Source: Myxococcales bacterium | GTDB lineage: Bacteria; Myxococcota_A; UBA9042; JABWCM01; BTVJ01 | Length of the DNA stretch: 64,000 nt | Assembly: GCA_045863395.1 (NCBI GenBank) | Contig: BTVJ01000013.1 | Location: 1-64,000, forward strand | Direction of reading: 5' to 3' | Shown: in pieces, positions 18,788 through 29,000 of the stretch | Numbering within the stretch: the stretch's first letter is position 1 | Layout: the number at the start of each line of letters is the position of its first letter | Notes under the pieces: generated by a model | Told to the model about the DNA's origin: nothing | Databases searched by the model: none | The model's input: only the letters and a program-made list of their open reading frames with translations | Translations under genes and position numbers: made by a program

Positions 18788-20458
18788 ATGAAGCTCTCCC
18801 GACTCGCGCGGATGATCACGCCGCGCTCGTTCATCTCCGTGACATGCGCCGCGCTCATGGCGTGTGCGGCAGACCCAGCCTCGGACGCCTCGCTCCAGCT
18901 CGGCGCACCCGCGCCAGCCGTACCCAGCGCGAAGGAGCTGCCGGCCGGCACGGGCGCTCCGCCCGCCACCGAGGCTGACGACGACCCGGGCGGCGCGCTG
19001 CCAGCCCCGCAGGCCCCGGAGTCTCCAGAGGATCCGAGGAACCCCACCAACCCCGAGAGTCCCGAGCGCCCCGCTGCGCCCACCGCGCCCCTCGCAGTGG
19101 ACCTGGCCTGCGGCGACGCGCCCCTCTGGTGGCACCACGACGTATGGTCCTACGGCGATACGGCGCCGCTGTTCGACTTCAGCCCGAACGGGGGCCTGCT
19201 CGTCAGGGGCGGCGTGTTCTCGGGCAGCGTGCTCCGCGTGGCCGACGGCTCGGTCGCGGGCTCCATCGGGCGCTCCGTGGGGCAGGACACCGTCGCAGGC
19301 TGGGTCCAGAGCGCCGGACCCCACCTCATCGACGGCGCCGTCGAGGTCGTGAGCCTGGGGACGGGCGACCCGCTGTATCAGGTCACCGTTCCCCCCATGG
19401 CGGCGTACACGTTCGGCGTCGCGGCCATCAGCCAGGGGGGCGAGCGCCTGGTGGCGCTGAGCTGCGGGCACGAGCCCGGCTCCGAGACCGGCGACCTGCG
19501 GCTGACGGCCTGGAAGCCCGGTGTCTACACATGGGCCGACCTCCTGCTGGACGTGCCGCTCGGCCCGACGGGGCACTGCATCCTCGGGCAGATGACCATG
19601 CAGCGGGACCTGCGCCTGCTGCCCGACGGCAGCGCGGCGCTCGTCTCGGCCGGCGGCGCGCTCTCCCTCGTAGACCTGACCACGGGCGCCGTCACCACGG
19701 CGGACCTGGGTCTCGGAGCGCCGGCCGTCACCGAGCCGCCCATGGCCTACCTCTACACGTCGCGCATCCTCTCCATGGCGGTGAGCCCGGACGGCGCGCT
19801 CGCTGCCATCGTCGCCGAGGACGGCGTGCTGCGCCTGTTCTCCTTGCCGAGCTTGGCGCCCGTTGGTGAGCTGGCCGTCCCGGTGGGCGTGGCCAACGCC
19901 TGCACCTACATCCCCACCACCGACTCTCCAGTGGCCTTCTCGGCGGATGGCCTCCTGCTCGCACACATGGGCGAAGGCGGCGCCATCGTGGTGCGCCAGA
20001 GCGCGGATCTCGCCGTCGTGACCACGCTGGCGGCTCCGGAGGGCGCCGGCCTCTGCGAGGGGATCGTCGACCACCGCACCCCGCAGGCCATCCGGTTCTC
20101 TCCCGACGGTGCACGGCTTGCCGTCGCCTACGAGGACGGCGTGGCCCTGTGGGGCTGCGGGCCCTCCACTGCCCCCGCTCCGACGACGCTGACCGGCGAC
20201 CTGTGGGGCTCCACGGCGCTCGCCGCCGGGGAGGAGGGCGCGTGGGCCGCCCTGGGGTGGACGGGCGCCGGCGAGGCGGTCACCGTCAAGCGCTGGTTCA
20301 TCGACGACGCGCCCGCCGGAGAGCCCTCGCTCCATGGCGCGCTCCGTCTCGCCTTCCCGGAGCCGGGCGCGCACACGGTCCGCGTGGAGCTGGACGACGG
20401 CCTGAGCACGGCCTCGGCGAGCCTCACCGTGGTGGTGGAGCAGGCCGCGGCCCCCTGA
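18788..20458 (+). CDS. Lipoprotein with WD40-like beta-propeller and C-terminal PKD/Ig-like domain
   Basis: AGGAGG RBS; ALMAC lipobox; FSPNG, VSPDG, FSADG, FSPDG blades; FPEPGAHTVRVEL. Confidence 0.8.
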   Translation: MKLSRLARMITPRSFISVTCAALMACAADPASDASLQLGAPAPAVPSAKELPAGTGAPPATEADDDPGGALPAPQAPESPEDPRNPTNPESPERPAAPTAPLAVDLACGDAPLWWHHDVWSYGDTAPLFDFSPNGGLLVRGGVFSGSVLRVADGSVAGSIGRSVGQDTVAGWVQSAGPHLIDGAVEVVSLGTGDPLYQVTVPPMAAYTFGVAAISQGGERLVALSCGHEPGSETGDLRLTAWKPGVYTWADLLLDVPLGPTGHCILGQMTMQRDLRLLPDGSAALVSAGGALSLVDLTTGAVTTADLGLGAPAVTEPPMAYLYTSRILSMAVSPDGALAAIVAEDGVLRLFSLPSLAPVGELAVPVGVANACTYIPTTDSPVAFSADGLLLAHMGEGGAIVVRQSADLAVVTTLAAPEGAGLCEGIVDHRTPQAIRFSPDGARLAVAYEDGVALWGCGPSTAPAPTTLTGDLWGSTALAAGEEGAWAALGWTGAGEAVTVKRWFIDDAPAGEPSLHGALRLAFPEPGAHTVRVELDDGLSTASASLTVVVEQAAAP

Positions 20459-20552
20459 CGGCGGGCCACTGTCCACTCCCACTTTTGCCTTGGCCGAGCG
20501 CTTTCGTCATCATGACGTTCCGCGCGCTGGGGCGTGGTCTGGGAGTGGGCGA

Positions 20553-22601
20553 GTGAGCAACATCGACGGGACGCAATCGCACGGGGGTGACCCCTGCCAG
20601 GGACCGAGTGAGCCGCTGGAGGCGCTGCGCGCGGAGAGGGACGCGGCGCTCCGGCAGGTGGCGGAGCTGAGGTCGCTCCTGGTGCTGGGCGGCGGCGATG
20701 GCGAGGCTGCGGGCGCGCAGCGGGCCATCATGCTCCGCCTTGGCGCCGCCATCGGCGCCAGCCACGAGGGCGTCGGTGTCTGGGGCCTCGACGACCGCTT
20801 CCTCTTCGTGAACGACGCCTTGGCGCGCATGCACGGGTACGGCCCCCAGGAGCTGCTCGGTAGCTCCTGGCGCACGCTGGCCCCGCCTGACCGCCCCACG
20901 GCGCTGGACGCCGCCATCGGCGCGGCGCTCAGGGACCCCGTTCGGCGCCGCTGGGACGGGGAGCTGGAGGCAGTCCGACGGGACGGCACCCGCTTCCCCG
21001 TGGACGTGCAGCTCTCGTCGCTGCCGGGCCCGGACGGCGGCCACGCAGGCGCGGTCTGCATCGTCCGCGACATCACCGAGCGGCGAGCCTTCGAGGCCGA
21101 GCTGCTGCGCCTGCGCACCGCCGTCGAGGCGTCGGGGGAGGCGATCTTCCTGACCAACCGCAATGGCCTGATCACCTACGTAAACCCGGAGTTTACGCGA
21201 CTATACGGTTGGACCGCCGAGGAGGTGGTCGGCCAGGTGACCCCCCGCATCCTCAAGAGCGGCGCGCTGACGCGCCAGCAGTACGAGGAGTTCTGGGGTG
21301 AGATCCTGGCGCGCAGGGTCCTTCGGGTGGAGCTCCCGAACCGGGCCAAGGACGGCCGCGAGGTGTGGATCGACGGCTCCGCAAACCCCATCCTCGACGA
21401 GCGCGGCGAGATCGTCGGCTTCCTGGCCATCCAGCGCGACATCACCGAGCGGCGCCGCCTGGCGGACCAGCTCGTCCGGGCTCAGAAGATGGAGGCGGTC
21501 GGGCGCCTGGCCGGGGGCATCGCCCACGACTACAACAACATCCTGTCCGTGATCATGGGCTACGCAGACCTGCTGCTGTCGGAGCTGGACGGCGCGGACC
21601 CCATCCGCGGCGACATCGACGAGATCCACCGGGCGGCAGGGAGGGCCGCCGCACTGACGCGCCAGCTCCTGGTGTTCAGCCGCCGCGAGGTGTCCCGGCC
21701 CGAGATCGTCGACATCAACGCGGTGGTGTCGGGCGTGGACCGCTTGCTGCGCCGCGCCGTGGGAGAGGACGTGGCGCTCCACCTGGAGCTCGACCCCACC
21801 CTGCCCTACGTCCACATCGACGCGAGCCACGTCGAGCAGATCCTCATGAACCTGGTGGTCAACGCCCGGGACGCCACCCAGGGCGGGGGGCGCATCGCCA
21901 TCGTCACGGGGCACCGGGACGTCTCGGCGGACGAGGCTGCGTCGCTGGACCTGCCCACGGGCGGCCGCTACGTGACGCTCGAGGTCAACGATACGGGCCA
22001 CGGCATGGGGCCCGACGTGGCAGCCCGGGCCTTCGACCCCTTCTTCACGACCAAGGCCAAGGGGCTGGGCACGGGCCTCGGGCTCTCCATCGTCTACGCC
22101 ATCGTCAAGCAGGCGGAGGGCGCCATCACCATCGAGTCGGAGCCAGACCGCGGGACGAAGGCGCGGGTCCTGCTCCGCGCCACCTCCGCGGCGCCCGCCG
22201 CGGCGCGCGTGACGGCGACGGAGACAGGGGCCGCGGCGCGCCGCGAGACCATCCTGCTCGTCGAAGACGAGGATCAGGTCCGCGCCCTGACCCACCGCTT
22301 CCTGCTGCAGAAGGGCTACCGGGTGATCGAGGCGCGGAACGCCGGCGAGGCCATCCTCCTCATCGAGCAAGGGACCGACCGCATCGACCTGCTCCTGACC
22401 GACGTGGTCATGCCCCAGTTCTCCGGGACCCGCCTCGCGCAGCGCCTGACGAAGGTGCTGCCCGAGCTGCGCGTGCTCTTCATGTCCGGCTACTCGGATG
22501 CGGTGGACCGGGAGACCATCCACCAGATGGGCGCCGACCTGGTGATCAAGCCGTTCAACCGGCAGGACCTGCTCAACGCCGTCGCCCGCGCCCTAGCCTG
22601 A
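20553..22601 (+). CDS. PAS-PAS hybrid sensor histidine kinase/response regulator
   Basis: Two PAS domains (DITERR), GGIAHDYNN H-box, NLVVNARDA, DTGHGM, FFTTK, GTGLGL, receiver LLLTDVVMP. Confidence 0.95.
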   Translation: MSNIDGTQSHGGDPCQGPSEPLEALRAERDAALRQVAELRSLLVLGGGDGEAAGAQRAIMLRLGAAIGASHEGVGVWGLDDRFLFVNDALARMHGYGPQELLGSSWRTLAPPDRPTALDAAIGAALRDPVRRRWDGELEAVRRDGTRFPVDVQLSSLPGPDGGHAGAVCIVRDITERRAFEAELLRLRTAVEASGEAIFLTNRNGLITYVNPEFTRLYGWTAEEVVGQVTPRILKSGALTRQQYEEFWGEILARRVLRVELPNRAKDGREVWIDGSANPILDERGEIVGFLAIQRDITERRRLADQLVRAQKMEAVGRLAGGIAHDYNNILSVIMGYADLLLSELDGADPIRGDIDEIHRAAGRAAALTRQLLVFSRREVSRPEIVDINAVVSGVDRLLRRAVGEDVALHLELDPTLPYVHIDASHVEQILMNLVVNARDATQGGGRIAIVTGHRDVSADEAASLDLPTGGRYVTLEVNDTGHGMGPDVAARAFDPFFTTKAKGLGTGLGLSIVYAIVKQAEGAITIESEPDRGTKARVLLRATSAAPAAARVTATETGAAARRETILLVEDEDQVRALTHRFLLQKGYRVIEARNAGEAILLIEQGTDRIDLLLTDVVMPQFSGTRLAQRLTKVLPELRVLFMSGYSDAVDRETIHQMGADLVIKPFNRQDLLNAVARALA

Positions 22602-23345
22602 CAGCCACTGGTGGATGGTCGCCGCCATCCACTCCGGCGCGTCCAGGGAGAGATCATGGCCCGCGTCCGGGTGGACGTGGAGCGGGGCGGTGAAGCGCTT
22701 TGCGAGCGCGGCGGGGCAAGACGGGTGGGTGAGGGGATCCGCCCCTCCGGACAAGACGAGGACGGGCGGCACGAGCGTAGGCGGGGCGGAGAAGCGCATC
22801 GCCGCGAGGAGCTGACGCAGGACGTTGGCCCGCCGCATGGGGCGCAGCGCGGCGATGGCGGCCCAGCGCTCCGCGACCGCGGGGAGCGCTGGGTGGAGCC
22901 GGGTCGTCGCCGCGAGGACCAGGCGCTCGCGCGTCAGTGGATCGCTCTCCGCCAGGGCGCGCAGCACCCGCAGCACGGCCGTCGGGCGCATGCGCCGCCA
23001 GGGCGCGCTCGTGTTGCGCGCGCTCGTGTTGGCGAGGACCACCGCGCCAAAGTCCCCCGGGTGCCTCGCCCCCCACTCCATGGCGACCATGCCGCCGAGC
23101 GAGATGCCGAGGAGGCCCCACCGGGTCCCGGCGCTTGCCAGCGGACGCCACCGCTCCCGCAGGTCGCCGACGATTCCCGCGATGGACGGGGGGCAGGTGG
23201 TCCCTCGCCGGTCCCCGGCGCCGGGGAGATCGAGGGTGTGCACCCGCGCCCCCAGCGTTGCGGCGAGGGCGCTCGGGAACTCTCCCCAGTGCCCCTGCTC
23301 CCGCGCCAGGCCACGCAGGATGAGCCAGTCCGTGATGGTCGCCAT
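22593..23345 (-). CDS. Alpha/beta fold hydrolase
   Basis: LRGLAREQGHWG, DLPGAG, GISLGG, DPL, AGHDL. Confidence 0.9.
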   Translation of the reverse strand: MATITDWLILRGLAREQGHWGEFPSALAATLGARVHTLDLPGAGDRRGTTCPPSIAGIVGDLRERWRPLASAGTRWGLLGISLGGMVAMEWGARHPGDFGAVVLANTSARNTSAPWRRMRPTAVLRVLRALAESDPLTRERLVLAATTRLHPALPAVAERWAAIAALRPMRRANVLRQLLAAMRFSAPPTLVPPVLVLSGGADPLTHPSCPAALAKRFTAPLHVHPDAGHDLSLDAPEWMAATIHQWLSG

Positions 23346-23386
23346 ACTCGATGCCAGCCCTCGGGTCGTCCCCCCCGCGCCGTGAG

Positions 23387-23415
23387 GGTGTAGCCACCCA
23401 TGGGGCGCGGGTCAA
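23387..23415 (-). promoter_or_regulatory. Putative sigma70 promoter TTGACC-N17-TACACC for the hydrolase
   Basis: 17-nt spacing, about 42 nt upstream of ATG 23345. Confidence 0.55.
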
Positions 23416-23430
23416 CGGCTGCGGGCCACA

Positions 23431-23444
23431 TTGATCCAGATCAA
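23431..23444. promoter_or_regulatory. FNR/CRP-family box TTGAT-CCAG-ATCAA
   Basis: Exact match to the TTGAT-N4-ATCAA consensus in a divergent intergenic region. Confidence 0.8.
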
Positions 23445-23647
23445 GTCCACGGGGGGCCCGTCGGCGCGCCTTGCCGGTGAACTGGGACCAGCGCCGGGGG
23501 ACTTGCCGGCGCGCGGACCATCCCCAATCGGCTTGTAACCATTAGAGTTACCCGCCCACCGGGCGCCGCTGCGTCGAATGCCGACAAAGTGGATGCGCAT
23601 TGCTCCGGGCCATGAAACGCAGGGCCGCTCCGGGCCCCGGCGCGACG

Positions 23648-23676
23648 TTGACACGAATTTCGGCCAATGCTACTGC
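23648..23676 (+). promoter_or_regulatory. Putative sigma70 promoter TTGACA-N17-TACTGC (TG extended -10) of the porin-cytochrome operon
   Basis: Perfect -35, 17-nt spacer, about 55 nt before ATG 23732. Confidence 0.6.
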
Positions 23677-23731
23677 GGAGGCGTGGGACCGTGGGTCAGA
23701 CCTGACCACACTCGACCGGGAGCCCCTCGCC

Positions 23732-25210
23732 ATGCGTCTTCGTCTCGCGCTGCTTCCTCTGCTGCTCGCCTCTGCGCCTGCGCTCGCCACCGAGGGTGAC
23801 GTGGAGCCCGATGCCGTCGTCACCGGCGCCGACGAGGGCGCCGGCGAGGGTACCAATGAAGACGGCTGGCGCTTCCGGGGCTTCTTCCTGGAGGAGTACC
23901 GCGGTCGAGCGACGTCGGCGCCGGGAGCAGAGCCCGGCGAGGATCCGGCCCTGAGCCTCCCCGACGAGTCGGACCACGACCTGCGCCTGTTCGTGGACAT
24001 GAGCGTGACGGACCCTGGCGACCACTTCCGCGCCCAGGCCACCGCCGCCCTGTGGGTGGATCTGGACGGCTACCCTGACAGCCTCCAGTCGGGCCTGGCG
24101 TCCATGCGCGACTACGACAAGCCCTGGTCCCAGGTGTGGGGGGATGTCTACGTGCTGTCCGCGGAGTATCACTCGGAGGGGTGGCTTCGCCTGGCCCGCG
24201 GCGGTCGCCAGGTGGCCGAGACCGGACGCCCCACCACCTTCGACGGCGCGACGTTCGTGTTCCAGTTGGAGCCGCGCATGGTGGAGGCCTTCGTCTTCGG
24301 CGGTCGCACCCACCACTTCTTCGAGACGACCCTGGAGCCATTCCAGGACTGGATGGCGGCCGGCGGGTTCACCTTCCGCCCGCTGGAGGAGCTGAAGATC
24401 GAGGTGGAGTACCGCCTCGCCATCGAGCAGATCCCCGAGCACGCGCAGGCCATCTCTGGGCGGGGGCTGGAGGAGGAGCCGCAGGAGGAGCTGGTCGACC
24501 ACTCCTACGAGCTGACCATGTGGTACCGGCGCGGCGACTGGCTTGGGCTCAAGCTGCGCCTCGGCGGCATCAACGAGGACTTCGCGCGGGCGGGCCTCGG
24601 GCTGGCGCTCACCGAGACTGAGTGGAACATGGGGATGGACGTGAAGCTGGACGCCCAGACCACCACGCTCCACTCCCTGGCCGAGGACGACAACCCCTTC
24701 TACGCGGTGCTCCGCGAGAGCCAGGCGAACCTCAAGTGGCGCCTCGACCTGTGGAAGATCTGGGACACGCGGGTGGGGGACTACGGGCTGCACCTGGGCT
24801 GGAATGCCCGGGAGCTCCTCGAAGGAGAGGAGGGCCCCTTCAACCGCAACGTGGGCCGCATCTACCTGTCGGCAGACGCGCGGGACATCGGCATCGTCGG
24901 CCCCTTCTTCGGGGTGTCCATGGAGGCCCACTACAGCCGCGCAGACGCCTTCACGGACGACCTGATCCTGACGGTGGGGGGCTCGGCGGGCTGGGATGAC
25001 CGAAAGGTACGGGCCGAGATCGGGACCTTCTACCAGCGGTTCAAGTACGACTATTACAAAGACGCCAACGAGGTGGCGGACGTGCGCACGTACTTCGCGT
25101 CCATCGGGTACAAGCCGCTCGCGTGGTTCGCCGTGCGGGGGCGCTACGAGTACGAGGCGGTCGACAGGGACATCCACACCTTCACCCTGGCGCTGAGCCA
25201 GCAGTACTGA
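23732..25210 (+). CDS. Outer-membrane beta-barrel (porin of a porin-cytochrome complex)
   Basis: Signal MRLRLALLPLLLASAPALA, GGRQ and FDGA motifs, many amphipathic strands, C-terminal Tyr; first gene of the cytochrome operon. Confidence 0.8.
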   Translation: MRLRLALLPLLLASAPALATEGDVEPDAVVTGADEGAGEGTNEDGWRFRGFFLEEYRGRATSAPGAEPGEDPALSLPDESDHDLRLFVDMSVTDPGDHFRAQATAALWVDLDGYPDSLQSGLASMRDYDKPWSQVWGDVYVLSAEYHSEGWLRLARGGRQVAETGRPTTFDGATFVFQLEPRMVEAFVFGGRTHHFFETTLEPFQDWMAAGGFTFRPLEELKIEVEYRLAIEQIPEHAQAISGRGLEEEPQEELVDHSYELTMWYRRGDWLGLKLRLGGINEDFARAGLGLALTETEWNMGMDVKLDAQTTTLHSLAEDDNPFYAVLRESQANLKWRLDLWKIWDTRVGDYGLHLGWNARELLEGEEGPFNRNVGRIYLSADARDIGIVGPFFGVSMEAHYSRADAFTDDLILTVGGSAGWDDRKVRAEIGTFYQRFKYDYYKDANEVADVRTYFASIGYKPLAWFAVRGRYEYEAVDRDIHTFTLALSQQY

Positions 25211-25220
25211 GGCGGACACG

Positions 25221-26054
25221 ATGGCGCGGAACACCAAGACGGTGCGGCTCGCGACGCTCCTCGCGTTCATCGGGGCGTCCCCGGCGCTGGCGGATGACCC
25301 CAAGCCGTTCTCGCACAAGTACCACATCGAGGAGGAGGGGCAGGGCTGCAAGGACTGCCACGACGCAGAGTCGGACAAGCCCTTCCCGCCGCTCAACAAG
25401 CAGGCGTGCATCGACTGCCACGACGAGATGCCCGCGTATGCGCCCCCGGTGCGGGCGAAGCGGATGCCCATCAAGTTCCCCCACGCCAAGCACGTGGAGG
25501 CGCAGAGCTGCGAGGACTGCCACAAGCCCACGATCACCGAGACCCAGAAGGCCGGCGAGCCCGTGCTGACGTTCGCGAGGTGCGGGGCGTGCCACGAGGA
25601 GTCGGGCCTGGAGGTCCCCGTGTCCAAGTGCGCGGCCTGCCACGGGGTGGACATGCGCCGCGTGAAGCCGGCCGACCACGCCGTCACGTGGAAGACGCGG
25701 CACGGCCAGGCGGCGACCTGGCGGGTGTTCGAGCAGCACGGCCAGGACTGCAAGACCTGCCACCAGCAGGACGCCTGCGCGAGCTGCCACAAGAGCGAGC
25801 GCCCGCGGAGCCACACGGCGCTCTGGCGCGTGCGCACCCACGGCGTCGCCGCCGAGTGGGACCGGGACACCTGCAAGACCTGTCACGAGTCGGGGACCTG
25901 CGTGCAGTGCCACAAGAGCAACGCCCCGCTCAACCACCGGGGCGGCTGGATCGCGCGGCACGGCATGACCGCGGAGTCCAAGACGGACGCGAAGTGCGGC
26001 ACGTGCCACGCGAGCGCCGAGTGCGTCGCCTGCCACAGCGGAGAGTTGAGATGA
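25221..26054 (+). CDS. Periplasmic 11-heme cytochrome c
   Basis: Signal peptide (ASPALA); 11 CxxCH motifs; FSHKYH and FPHAKH c3/c7-like motifs. Confidence 0.95.
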   Translation: MARNTKTVRLATLLAFIGASPALADDPKPFSHKYHIEEEGQGCKDCHDAESDKPFPPLNKQACIDCHDEMPAYAPPVRAKRMPIKFPHAKHVEAQSCEDCHKPTITETQKAGEPVLTFARCGACHEESGLEVPVSKCAACHGVDMRRVKPADHAVTWKTRHGQAATWRVFEQHGQDCKTCHQQDACASCHKSERPRSHTALWRVRTHGVAAEWDRDTCKTCHESGTCVQCHKSNAPLNHRGGWIARHGMTAESKTDAKCGTCHASAECVACHSGELR

Positions 26055-29000
26055 GCCTGCGACCGCAACTTGTCGTCATCGGGCTGGCCCTGCTCGTGGG
26101 CGCGTGCGAGCCGTCGACCCTCCCCGACGGGCAGCCGCCGGAGGGAGAGGCCACGTGCAACTCCTGCCACGGCAACGAGGCAAACGCAGCCCCTCCGGTA
26201 GCCACGGACGGCTCCACCGAGACGACCGCCATCGGCGTGGGGGCCCACCAGGCGCACCTCCTCGGCGGCAAGTTCCGCAAAGGCATCGCCTGCGAGGAGT
26301 GCCACGTGGTGCCCGAGACGGTGGAAGCGGAGGGCCACGTGGACCCGCTCCCCGCCGAGGTGACCTTCGGGACGCTGGCGACGGCTCACGCGGCCCAGGC
26401 GCGCTGGCTGCGCGACAGGGCGACATGCGCGGGCACCTACTGCCACGGCTCCACGATGCAGGACGGGACCCTGAACGACCCGGTGTGGACGAGGGGGAAC
26501 GATCCCGTCGTCCTGGACTGTGGCTCCTGCCACGGCAACCCACCGCCGGCGCCGCACCCGGTGGCGACGGAGTGCTTCCGGTGCCACTTGGAGACGGTGG
26601 GGACGGATGGGACCATCGACCTGCTGGGCGGGCGACACATCGACGGGACGGTGCAGGTCAACCCGCAGGGCTGCGACACCTGCCACGGGAGCGGCGGCGT
26701 GGCGGCGCCACCGCGGGACCTCGGCAACAACACCGACACGACGGCGCGGGGCGTCGGAGCCCACCGGGCGCACCTCGGCGCGTCGGAGTGGCACGCGGAG
26801 GTCGCGTGCGCGGAGTGTCACGCGGTGCCCGTGGAGGTGAACGACCCGGGCCACGTGGACTCGGCGCTCCCGGCGGAGCTGACGTGGGGCGCGCTGGCGA
26901 CGAAGAACGGCGCCGAGCCCAAGTGGCACCCGGCCGCGACGAGCTGCTCGGGGTCGTACTGCCATGGCGGCGGCTTCTCGCAGGCAACGCAGGGCGTTCA
27001 CACGGTGCCCGTCTGGACCCAGGTGGACGGCACGCAGGCGAGCTGCGGCTCCTGTCACGGCAACCCGCCGAAGGCGCCGCACCCGGACCGGACAGACTGC
27101 GCGAGCTGCCACGGCGAGGTGGTCGCGGCGGACGGCACCTTCACGAGCCCGGAGCTGCACATCGACGGCACGGTGCAGGTGGGGCCGCTCGGGTGCGACT
27201 CCTGCCACGGGAGCGGCGGAGTCGCCGCGCCGCCCGCCGATCTGGCCGGAAACGAGGACACCAGCGCCCTCGGCGTGGGGGCCCACCGCAAGCACCTGGG
27301 GGTCTCCGCGTGGCACCGCGAGGTCCCCTGCGCGGCCTGCCACGTGGTGCCGGCAGAGCTGGGCGACGCCGGACACATCGACACGGCGCCGGCAGAGGTG
27401 GTGTGGGGCGACCTGGCGGATGCCAAGGGGACCGCGCCGACGTGGGACCGGGCGACGGCCACGTGCAGCGGCTCCTACTGCCATGGCGCGACCCTGGACG
27501 GTGGAGGAGCGAAGGCGCCCGTGTGGACCCAGGTGGACGGCGCGCAGGCGACGTGCGACTCCTGCCACGGCAACCCGCCCGGCGGTGACCACCCCACCCG
27601 GTCCGACTGCGCGAGCTGCCACGACGCGGTGGTGGCCCCGGACGGCACGTTCGTCAACGCGGCCCTCCACATCGACGGGCAGGTCCAGGTGGGCACGCTC
27701 GGTTGCTCGAGCTGCCACGGCAGTGGGGCGAACGCGGCGCCCCCGCTGGACCTGACTGGGGGAGCGGACACGGCGAGCGTCTCGGTGGGCGCCCACCAGA
27801 AGCACCTGGGGGCATCCGACTGGCGCGCGCAGATCGCGTGCAGCTCCTGCCACGTCGTACCGGCGACCGTCGGGGCGGCGGGCCACGCAGACACGCCGCC
27901 CCCCGCCGAGGTGACCTGGGGCGGGGTCGCGGTGGCGGGCGGTGCCACGCCGGTGTGGGATCGCGGAGCGGCGACGTGCAGCGGGTCCTGGTGCCACGGC
28001 GCGGGGCTCTCGGGCGGCACCCTGACGGCGCCGGTCTGGACGAACCTGGACGGCACGCAGGCCGTGTGCGGCACCTGCCACGGCCTGCCGCCCGGCGACG
28101 GGCACGTGCCGCGCACGGACTGCGCGAGCTGCCATGGCGCGGTGGTCGACGCGGCGGGCGGCTTCGTGGACCCGTCGCTGCACATCAACGGGCAGGTCGA
28201 GGTGGTCGCCCTGACGTGCAGCACCTGCCACGGCGGCGCGCAGAGCGCAGCGCCCCCCGTGGACGTGAAGGGGCAGACGGACACGAAGCTCGCGAGCGTC
28301 GGCGCGCACCAGGCCCACGTCGGGGCGTCGACCTGGCACAAGGAGATCCCGTGCTCCACCTGCCACGTGATGCCCGCGACCGTGGACGCACCGGGCCACA
28401 TGGACGACGACCTGCCCGCCGAGGTGAGCATCGGCGGCGTGGCGACGGCGGGCGGGCTCACTCCGACCTGGGACGCCGGGACCGCCACGTGCAGCAACAC
28501 CTGGTGCCACGGTACGTCCCTCGGCGGCACCTTCACGGCGCCGAAGTGGACCCAGGTGGACGGCACCCAGGCTGCGTGCGGGACCTGCCACGGGCTGCCC
28601 CCCGGAGGAACGCACGTCCAACGCGACGACTGCGCCACCTGCCACGGCGAGGTGGTCACGGCGAACGGCTTCGCCAACCCGGCGCTCCACGTGGACGGCA
28701 CCGTGCAGGTCAGCGCGCTGGGCTGCGACGCCTGCCACGGGTCGGGGGGCAACCCGGCGCCGCCCGTGGACCTGGGCGGCAACACGGCGACCACGGCGCT
28801 CGGAGTCGGCGCCCACCAGGCGCACCTGAGCCCGTCGACCTGGCACAAGGACGTGGCCTGTGGGGAGTGCCACAAGGTGCCGAGCGCGTATGGAGACGCC
28901 GGCCACGCCGACACGACAGGACCTGCCGAGCTGGTCTGGGGCGCGCTGGCGACGGCCCAGGGCGCCAAGCCCGTGTGGAACGCAGGCACGGCGACGTGCA

